A DNA stretch of 64,000 bases from Amoebidium appalachense (taxonomy: Eukaryota > Protista > Ichthyosporea). Positions 28,695 to 38,118 of the stretch are shown one piece after another (position 1 is the stretch's first letter; the number at the start of each line of letters is the position of its first letter). Location of the stretch: contig CAVNZM010000006.1 in the NCBI GenBank assembly GCA_963693365.1, forward strand, positions 6,365,264 through 6,429,263. Reading direction: 5' to 3'. The position numbers and the translations under genes are program-made. The notes under the pieces were generated by a model. The model was not told the origin of the DNA and did not search any database. It was given only the letters and a program-made list of their open reading frames with translations.

Positions 28695-29095
28695 AAAGAC
28701 ACTCATGTTTGTGAATGTGTGCACGAAGGCGGATTGTTACAGCGAGACTATTAGCTGGCTGAGATTTGCTGCAAAGGTGTGTGGATGGGATGGCGGCAGG
28801 GGGGAGGAGGGATGGGTGTGTGTGGGTAGATATAGATGGGTGGGTGGGTAAGTTTCGCTGTTGTTGTTGCATGTGTTTATTGTAGTATTGAGTGTGTATT
28901 TCTTTGGAGTGCGGCACGCTCCTATGTTGCGCGCGGGTCACAAAGGCGGGAGGGGGGGGGGGGGGGGGGGAAGGTCTAAACATATCGTATTACACCTCAC
29001 CCACGGACCACCCAACAAATACACGAACTCGCCCGCGCAAACACACACAGGTGAACGAGTGTGACATTGGCACTGCCAGAAAGGTCATCAAGTAG
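17496..29095 (+). CDS. KIFC1: Kinesin-14 (KIFC1/HSET/Ncd/Kar3-type C-terminal minus-end motor), about 14 exons
   Basis: Exons: ATG 17496-17498 (tentative, followed by GTAAGC), 17723-17845, 18228-18346, 18590-18716, 19325-19489 (PWDTKGR tail motif), 20715-20846, 21625-22010 (coiled coil), 22510-22660 ([22 protein letters not shown] neck), 23039-23293 ([15 protein letters not shown]-loop), 24221-24374 (FLEIYNE), 25032-25213 (SSRSHSVF switch I), 26885-26951 (DLAGSER), 28155-28384 (INKSLS...[10 protein letters not shown]...LGGNSKTLM), 29051-29095 ([14 protein letters not shown]). Confidence 0.95.
19008..19324 (+). repeat. Degenerate minisatellite of about 55-58 bp, 6 units (core TGATTCACCCATTTACCCACTTTG), ending at a kinesin 3' splice site
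   Basis: Cores at about 19011, 19068, 19123, 19180, 19238 and 19292. The last unit runs into TTGCAG, the acceptor at 19324. Confidence 0.85.
25801..26518. mobile_element. 718-bp non-autonomous TIR DNA transposon (MITE; Mutator-like by TSD length) in a kinesin intron
   Basis: Termini TAGCCTAAAGTTTCGCCCCG... and ...CGGGGCCGAAATTTGGGGCTA are imperfect inverted repeats. An internal inverted 16-mer pairs CCGCTGGTGGGGCCTC (25905-25920) with GAGGCCCCACCAGCGG (26418-26433). A perfect 9-bp direct repeat TTCACTCTC flanks it (25792-25800 and 26519-26527). There is no transposase ORF. Confidence 0.85.
27158..27515. repeat. Tandem duplication of about 208 bp (unique ~100-nt segment plus Cn-An tract) in a kinesin intron
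   Basis: CTAATTGACTACCCGTATGAGGG...GTTTTCTTGGTCC(C)n(A)n occurs at about 27158 and again at about 27366. Confidence 0.9.
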
Positions 29096-29434
29096 GCTGT
29101 GTTTCGCGACAGGCTGGAACCCCCCCCCCCCCGGGGGGGGGGGGGGGGGGGGAGGTCTCGAGTGTAGTGACTATGTGCTGTAATGTTTCTGCTTGCTTTA
29201 TTACCATTGATTGGCTGTGCAATTGTGGGATTTTCATAGGTGATATGCAGATTAAGATCAGGTTGGGGCTGTGTTATTTATTGCACACATGCACAGCTGT
29301 TTCAATACCCACATCGTAGTCTGTTATACGGACTTTTTCTGATGAACAGAACTGCTCACTTGTGCATTCACAGTTCACGTAGCTATAGTATAGATATACA
29401 TAATCAGCGCCTGTCTTTGTTTCTCTCTTCTTTG

Positions 29435-29478
<44 letters not shown>

Positions 29479-29912
29479 TTTTTTGGTTGGTTGGTTGGTT
29501 GGTTGGTTGGTTGGTTGGTTGGTTCAGTGGTGGTGGTGTTTGGGGGGGGGGGGGAGGGGGGGATTTGTATGTGGTAGACCTCAACTTGGAGAATGCAAGA
29601 GGTTTCCTAGCACCACATGCACTCTGTTTTATTATCGAATATCGATATGGATAGATCGGAGGACAGATGAGTGCCTCGATTTATATGATTACTCACTGTA
29701 GTGTTTATCAACATTCGCCATAGTGGTGTGTATGGTAACGATGTTGCATGCGTACGCCATGCCACATATCTATCAATAAAAAAAAAATTTAAAATATGAT
29801 GTATTAGTGTAAAGTCGATTTCTAAATGTATATCTTGTTGGGTGGAGGTACTGTTGGCCTTGGTGCCGACAACTCACCACAGCTCACCTACATGTCGTTA
29901 ATACACAGCACA

Positions 29913-29946
<34 letters not shown>

Positions 29947-31244
29947 ATTATATATAAGCTCGAGAAAGAGGTGCGATGCACTATTTTATCACAGGTGATA
30001 TATACAGTTTGTCGAGTTTGCTTGCAATTGGGCAACATGCATGTAGGCACCAACCACCAACCGAGTACGTCCCCGACCCCACTGTAGTCTCTGGATTTCT
30101 TACGAGGTTTCGGAATTCACGTGCAATGTGACGGTTATCCGAGCTTTACATTCGTATTACAAACAAGGCTTCGAGAAAAACCTTTCTGTTTGGCAGTGTG
30201 TGCACACTTCTAATATGTGCGTATTATACTAGGAAGTATGGCCCATAAGAAAATGAAGTTTCACAAGTGCTAAGTTATGTCCCAACGTTAACAGTCATCG
30301 TGTTGAAGTCACTCGATCAGTGTAGTGCTGTTGTTGTGACAACGAAACCAAACCAAGCATACATGTCTCCGCTGGCCAGACTCTAGACGTGTCACAAAGC
30401 TTTAGGTAACCCGGTTAAATTCGCCCACTCCGAGCTTGGCTCCACAATTCTTTTATTCAGCTGCTTTATGTACGTATACAAGCCTGCATTTGTGCAAAAC
30501 TCAGGGGCTCACAGTCACGGCATTACGTATGCAAAGCTAACCCCGTTTGACCAAAGTGCGCGCGCTCATGTGCATGTGCATATGTACAGGTCTGCAACGC
30601 AGCTCTGCGTCGTGCGGCTGTGCCGTGCAGACGCGGGCACAATCACATTCACATGTACATGGTCTGATGGTCGCACGACACATATACACGGTGCAAGCTT
30701 CAACTGGCACACTACTGAGTCTACTGTGCAACTTGCAAGTGCGCAAAGAAAGATTAGAATGGCTTTCACCAATCGGATTTAAGCGCAATTCCTGAATGCC
30801 CCACAGGCTGCAGCCCCGGCCCAACTTGACAAGAACGCGGCCGATGCAAAAGTACCGGAGGGATTATATATATATATATAAACTAAAACAAATTGTGGTT
30901 AAATTTGTAATACAAATGGAAAAGGCAAAAAGGGTGTTTTGCTTGCCCGTCTGCACTTGTAAGTCAAGTCAGGAATTTCGAAGTCAGTGGCAGAAAAATT
31001 CCCGGCGGAACCTGTCGAGCTCGAGTGTATGTAGGCGGCGCCGACTCGCATTCGATATCGATCAATCGATATCACGTGCGGATATCTATCACATGTGGCA
31101 GTTCATCCTCATCGTATGTACTGGCACTACTATAGAGCATAATTAGAAACAAACAGAAACCCTCTATGTAGCTTTATCGACTGTACAGTGTAGATATAAT
31201 ATGATACATGTACACTGTTTATTGTGCGTATGTATATTTTTCTG

Positions 31245-34200
31245 GTGAGAAACTGCTCGAGCGCAAACGCCGATGCGAGATGGAAATCGAGCTCTTCTGC
31301 GAACTGTTCGCGCTGGCGGAAGGTCGTGCATACGACCCCGTAAGCGACAAGTGGGAACCAACCCCACAGGTGTCGGACCAAACCGATGCCTAATTTATCC
31401 TTCTTCTTCTGGAATGCTCGGACACTGGGCCCCCAAAAGGGCCTCCCCCCCGGGACACTCGACGATAAAATCAGCTACATACAACAACAGACAAACAACC
31501 ACACGTTTACAGTGATTTGCGAAACACAGTTTAAAAACCACCACAAATTCAACTCTACATTGGTCGACACATCCACACACCCCGGTTACGCGAAAAACCG
31601 AGGCATTATTGTACTTGCCGCACCACACGTGAGAGTGAAGTGCAAACCGGTAGCAAAAACGGAATTCTCGGTTTCTATAGAGTTTCTTTCTAATGTTTTT
31701 ACTTTTGTATATTACCCACCATCTATGTCGGTTGTCGAATTGACTCACGAGTTGTCACAGTTACCAATGTCCACTGTTATTTTAGGTGATTTTAACACGC
31801 GACTCCACCACACAGACACACTGCAAGTGAGTGTCGGGTACCCATCTAAGCCCCCGGAGCGTGCTATCCCTTTAGCAAGGTATGTCCAAAGTCACACTTT
31901 GCGGTTCCCTCAAATATCCCATGCCCACAACACCGACTGGGGAGTGGCCTTTTGGCCATCAACCATGTCAAAACTCTCTCTCCCTCCTAACCTCTCTAGG
32001 TCATCTGACCACTCTCCTATCCTTTTCCTACCTAAGATCTCCCTTGATCTGCTCCCCCCTCCCCCTCCCACCTTTCGCCTCCGTCTATCCCAGCTTAAGT
32101 CACAGTGGGGTAGAGTTGATGTATGTGTATGCTATGCTACGAAACACCCTATATATATGCGCCTATTAGAATCTGCACAAGCCAGGCCAGATTCACATCT
32201 CGTACTAGATACATGCACTAACTTTATTGTTGATGATTTGATAGATCTCGGTGATTATGCTGGCGGTGGTAGGAAGGAATATCCCGATGCTCTCTTGTTA
32301 CCAAACACCACTCCCGCTAGACTAGGTGAACCCCTGTCTCAAAAGGAAAGCTTGCGCCGGCTTGCTAGTATGAATCGATTTGGCCCCCCTGCTCGTATTA
32401 TTGGTGATACCACTGGAGACCCCCTCATAGACTCTGATAAGTATTTCTCGGAACTGTTTAAAGATAGGACCCCCGCTCAGAAACCTATTGTGTGGCCTGT
32501 AGACCCATCTATCCCCATAGAATCGATCCTCCCCTTTTTCAGTCCCGATGCCATATGGTCTGTGATATCTAGTTATAGCTCTAGTAAGTCTTGTGGACCT
32601 GATGGACTCCCTGCTGGGTTTCTTAAAATCCTTGTTCCCTCCTACCCACAAAAGGAAAGTGATCGTGCTATTAAACCTGATCTTACTATCATGTTAAGCT
32701 CTCTCTTTTCTTGGTGTGTTAAATGTGGACATGTCCCGTCATCTTGGTTAGATACCTTAGTGATCCCCATAGTTAAGAAGGACTCTGAGGGCCCCATATC
32801 ATCCTTTCGCCCCATTACACTAACCCAGGTTGTTCGTAGATTCTTTGAAGCTTGCTTACTTAGGTTATTTGCACATCACCCTAGGTTTCAATCTATTCTT
32901 CACATACACCCATGCCAATCCGCTTTTCGTAAAAACAATTCATGTTATGTTCAAATAATGGCACTGCACGATTCTATGCAAGTTGGTGCACAATATGTTG
33001 GCTTTATTGATTGGAAAACTGCTTACGATTCTGTCTCCCCTGGTCTCCTATGGGAAAAGCTTGCTGCACGGGGTGTACCACACTGCATTGGTGTTCTGTT
33101 AGAAGCACTCTTGTCTCAAACCTATGGTAGAGCTGTGGTTAATGGGCATCTTTCATATGGTTTTGCTCGTACTAGAGGTCTCTTGCAGGGTTCATTGCTT
33201 AGCCCCTTTTTGTTTAACCTATTTATAGATGATTTGGCTGTCAAGATTTACGCCGAAAACGATGACCCTATTAATAACTTTCCGCCTGCACTTCTCTATG
33301 CTGATGATCTGTCCCTCCTTGCCCGTACCCCTAGACGCCTGCAAAGATTGTTCGATGTAGTGTCAGAGTGGTGCAAGGCAAACCTTATGATCCTTAACAT
33401 AGACAAATGTGGTGTTCTTGTACCTGATATAGCTAACAATTTACACACATTTACATTATCATCTAAACCTGTACCTATAGTTCCAGAATACAAATATCTT
33501 GGTGTTCCGGTTGATTCTGTTGGTGTTATGTTTCCCCATATGGTCGAAAAGAGGGTAGAGTTGGCTCGTAAGCGGTTAGCTTTCTTCTCGGCTAATATTT
33601 TTAAAGACACACCCCTCCATCCTTCTATTAGACTTACATTTATTCGCACTTTTGTCTTCCCGGCATGTGAATATGGTTTACCCCTTCTCGCCGCTTGGAT
33701 CAAGAAAGAGAGAACTAGAGCGCTTAAACCCTTGGCAAATTTCCTTGAAGCAGAAGTTGCCTCCTTTCTATCTAACAACTGTTGTAAACCTGGGCCTGTA
33801 ACGCTCTCGATATATGGTCTGGTCCCAATAGCTGCTAGAGTATCCTATCTCGCGCTGAAATTCAATAAGCACATAAGCCGCTTAAAGAAGTATTTGCCCT
33901 CCCACCCTCTCTTCTCTATCCGACCTGTCCCCTCCTCACCTCTCCCCTCTTTCCTCCCCCTCTCTCTCCCCTTCTCCCCTGGGCACAAATACAAATAAAC
34001 CCCGCAATAGTGTGTGTGTGACTTTGGACTGCCACTTACTTATTAAACATGTACACAATCACAAGATAATCACGCAATATAACAAATGGAAAAAGATACC
34101 ACACGACACTAGACCCGATGAAAGCATACACCTTGAAAAACTAAGCCTTATGTCTCGTTTTATATATACTGACCGCCTCAACCATATTGCCAAATATGGC

Positions 34201-34585
34201 ACTCGCAAGTGTATAACACCTAAATACATATTACCTTCCTGTAGAACTGGTCTTTCTCTAGCTGATGGTATTATTGATCAATTACCACGCTTTTACTGTA
34301 CACGTGCTATACAGTGGAGATCTAATAAGTATAAGGTGGCATCATTTGCATGCCCAAACAACACACACACACACCAGTTTAACCGGTCATGTATCGCCAA
34401 ATGTAGTTTGATAGACCACATAATACCGCAACACACACACGTCACATTCACAACAGACACCCAGAAAGATAGCCTACCTGTAAATTACAACATCCTTGAT
34501 TTTATACTAAACACGCGTAACTACGACCTGTTTATTAGATGTATTGATTGGCTTGAGAAACACATCACTACAAAATTATAGCGCA

Positions 34586-34658
<73 letters not shown>

Positions 34659-34690
34659 CCAGCTGATACCGAGTGTCCCGAGGGGAGCCC

Positions 34691-34733
<43 letters not shown>
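31245..34733 (+). mobile_element. Non-LTR (LINE-type, APE-RT) retrotransposon, 5'-truncated in ORF1
   Basis: An ORF1 remnant ends at 31393, followed by ORF2 with endonuclease and RT. (CA)n follows the final stop at 34581, and an A-run lies at 34695-34733. No TSD was found, so both ends are approximate. Confidence 0.85.
31386..34581 (+). CDS. LINE ORF2: AP-endonuclease + reverse transcriptase + Cys/His C-terminal region; one frameshift in the C/T-rich tract at about 33900-33995
   Basis: APE motifs: FFFWNARTL, VICET, YYPP, ILGDFN, SDHSPI. RT motifs: GPDG, FRPITL, FIDWKTAYDSV, GLLQGSLLSPFLFN, YADD, YKYLGV. The 34012-34581 frame is open back into the pyrimidine tract and ends with QWR...CPNNTHTHQFNRSCIAKC. 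Confidence 0.93.
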
Positions 34734-34734
<1 letters not shown>

Positions 34735-37441
34735 GGGGAACCCCAACTAATTGATTTCTCCTTGTAGTCTTTATGGTGTCTCGTAGAGAAAGTAAACCCT
34801 GATATATAGTCACCACCCGACATCTATGTACGTGATCATGATATACCGCTGAGGGGATATTCCGAGCAAACCCCCCCCCCCCATACCTGAGACTGGTTCT
34901 CTTTGCCTCGAGTAAACAGCGTAAACCCCCGTATGTATATGCGCGTTAGTCATCTGTGAGTTCGGAATTCGAGCCCTCCTATCTGCATATTTGAAACGGG
35001 TCCCCCAAAACTCTTATGTGTGGCGCAAGTCGTATGTGTGTATTTTTTTCTTTTGACTGGATTTATTCGACGGAAAGATATGCACGTATGCACGGCATAC
35101 TGAGAAGACAATAGAAACTTCACGAGTTATTCAGTAACAAGTGCATGCTGAGATACCTGAGCACTGTGTGAAAATCATATAAATACTCAATGTGACGACC
35201 AACAGAATTCAACAAAAAGTCTAAAGTGTTCACATTGCCAGACATGTAGCAGACACCCATAGGGAAAGAGGTAAAACGCGACATAAAGCTCGCACCTATC
35301 AACATGCTTTCGATTAAAAAAATCAGCACAAAAGTGGCACCAGCGGCGATGGAAACAAGAATTACAACCCCACTGCACAACTTCCCAGGCAATATCAACA
35401 TCAGAGCACCATATGTGTGTAACAGCGGATTTACGATTTTCCAGTTTCGACATTTAGGCCAAGTAAAATTCCGTTACAGACATAGATAGGACTGCATGTG
35501 GTTCTACATATAGTAAAAATCAATAAATTTACACTAAATATGGGTATTTTGGTATGATGAGGCTCCATTTTTCGTAGTTACTAGTTACATACTGTTACAC
35601 ACATATGGAAACGGGGTCTAAAATTCCCGGGAGCGCAGGTACGGACATATGATCGCCCCCTCCCTTAGAAGTGTTGGGGGATCCTTGAAACTTCCTTTTC
35701 CGCCAATAGGAGTGGGTTGAACTTTTTCAATCGATTGGATGACTTGACTCACTTGACTCGAGTCAATGAGCCGCACCAAACAAACTTCTACACCATACCG
35801 TTGTCCAAGATGAAAGTGAACTGTATCCATTCCCTAAAACAATTGAGTTACAATATTATTATTCAATATTTTATCTATTAACCGATCTCGCTTATGAATT
35901 AGGCGACAAGGTTACGCTTCAGCACTCGTCCACCGAGATGATCCTGGCCAGGCTGGCTGGCGCGCCGTGGCCCGTCGGGGCCCGTTTCGCCCGGCGCCGG
36001 GCGGCCGCCGCTGCAGGCAACTCCCGCCGCATCGCGATCTGCATTCCATAGTCTGTTAACCTGATTGGCTGGAATAAAAGTTGTGCATTCACTAAATCTC
36101 ATTGGTTGCTGAAACCGATCTGTCTAAACCAGAAAACTATAAAAACTAACCAGTCGACGCACCATTACCGTCAGTCAAACTTTGCCCCGTCTCGTCACAC
36201 TGTGTGTGGCGTATCCTCTTGGCGAACTTTTGTAGCGACGCGCTGCGGCGGGGCAGTAAGACGAAGAGTCGTCTTTCATTTACTGTTATTTTTCTTCTTA
36301 AGAAACAGAACAAACAGTAGAAAAAGCAACAGGCGACATAGAGATCTACTCGAAGGTTTTCGCTTTGTTAGACAGACACCATGGCTTTCACCGCCATGCT
36401 ATGCGCGGCGCTAGTAGCGCTTACATCGCACAGTGTAAGTGCTCAAGGCAGGTGTGCGGCCGGCCAGACCGAAAACATTTCCGTTGCAAGCGCGTGGAGG
36501 GTGCGCGGTATTGTGGGCCGATACTACCCTAGCCTTCCCTTTTCTGGTTTCAACCTGGCCGCGTGGCCCCCTACGTTCAGCGACCTGAACTTCGCGCGCA
36601 TTGACGCAACGCCTGAGATCCCCCAGACGGGTGTCACGCTGAATGATTTCGGTGCGGTTGGCGAGGATGCGTCCAGGTGAGCACTTGTTCACTCCCCGTT
36701 TTCTTTCTCTCTATGTCTGCTCCTATGTGCATGCCCATATGCATGTGCACGTGTGCATGCGGCACCACACCGTCCTCTTGACAAGGTATTTATCCATAAG
36801 GTTTGCTGGCTACTCTTTCCCTCGTCTCATCTTGGTTGATTTCTTGTTTTTTTGTTTTAATTTTTTATTTTCTTTTTTTTATTTTTGGGGGGGAGGGGGG
36901 GGGGGGAGGGGGGGAGGGGGGGAGGGGGCCCGGGATGGGGGGTAAGTGGCTGTTTTGTGTCTTTGTTCGCCACCTGTAAAAACAGCATGCCTAGGCTCCG
37001 CGGCTAATTTGCCAGCCCGAGATCAAGTTTGTGACTGGTTTGTTCACTTCACAGGAACCCAGCAACCATCTCCTTCATGAGGGAGAAGTACGCCACCATA
37101 TGGCAGGGATCCCTCGCCGTCCCCTGCACGGGTGAATACATTTTCCGTGCCACCAGTGATGATGGTGCTCGTGTGCGCGTCGATAACAACGTCATTATCA
37201 ATAATTTTGTCGCCCACCAGCCTGCCGTCGATGTTTCCAAGCCGGTGGTGTTGACGGCAAACACGTTCATCGACTTTCGCGTTGAATTCTTCCAGGGTCC
37301 TGGTAGCGTTATTCTGAACCTCGAGTGGAAGGCGCCCGGAATGACCACCTTCGAACGGCTACCGCGGAATTACTTGGTGCCCCATTCCACCCCTGCTATC
37401 ATTGCCGTCCCGTCGGTGATCAAGCTCGTTTCCGATGCCCC

Positions 37442-38051
37442 TGTAAACAGTTGAACTAGTTGGGATAAGGCAGAGAACAACTGAATCAGAATAAAGACAG
37501 AGAACGGGTAGTAAGGCACACGCGGCCAGGTTACTATTTAATGTGCTCGTTCAGAGTGATCCCCCGTACTGGGACGGCTTGTTTATATAGCCCCCAGGTT
37601 CCGGATCATCTGGATGGGTGGCATTGATGCCTTCGTGACTTCTGACCAGTCAGAAGAGTGCGGTCGTCTTTATGTGCACACAGTGCACCAATAACATGAA
37701 GCTAACTAAAAGGATAACTTTGTGGCAAATGATTGGTCAATACTTAAGCCCGTTTAGGTTTATGCAACTGGGTCTGATTTCCTTATTGGTTCCGTTCGTT
37801 TAGCTATAGATGTCGCCTCCGTAGTGGATGAGACTTGCATTCCTATCCTAGCGGTTCTCGAATTCTATTGGTTCATACTGACTGCACGGCCACTGCATAT
37901 TGCCGGCGCCGCGGCTCAGTCGTGAGCCGCAGCCCGCGGCTGTCGCGTGTGATATTGATCTGATCATATGTACACAATATCTACGTGATCACTATGATAT
38001 GTACAGTATATTCGTAATAGTAAACATGTACGGCGTGTACAGATGTTTACA
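37442..38051 (-). repeat. 3' LTR (610 bp)
   Basis: No difference from 45076-45685 seen by eye. It has 8-bp terminal inverted repeats, and TATATAAA on the minus strand at about 37582-37589. Confidence 0.97.
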
Positions 38052-38066
38052 CTCCCCCCCCCTTCT
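38052..38066 (-). promoter_or_regulatory. Polypurine tract
   Basis: AGAAGGGGGGGGGAG on the minus strand immediately before the 3' LTR. Confidence 0.9.
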
Positions 38067-38118
38067 CGGGAGCCTGGTGGTATGGTCTGGATACGGTAAA
38101 CCACCAGGCTGAGGGAAG

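Noticed and set aside
37900-38112. Duplicated small ORF MPAPRLSREP... (also 45534-45752)
   Set aside because: It lies within the LTRs, uses a non-ATG start, and is duplicated only because the LTR is.
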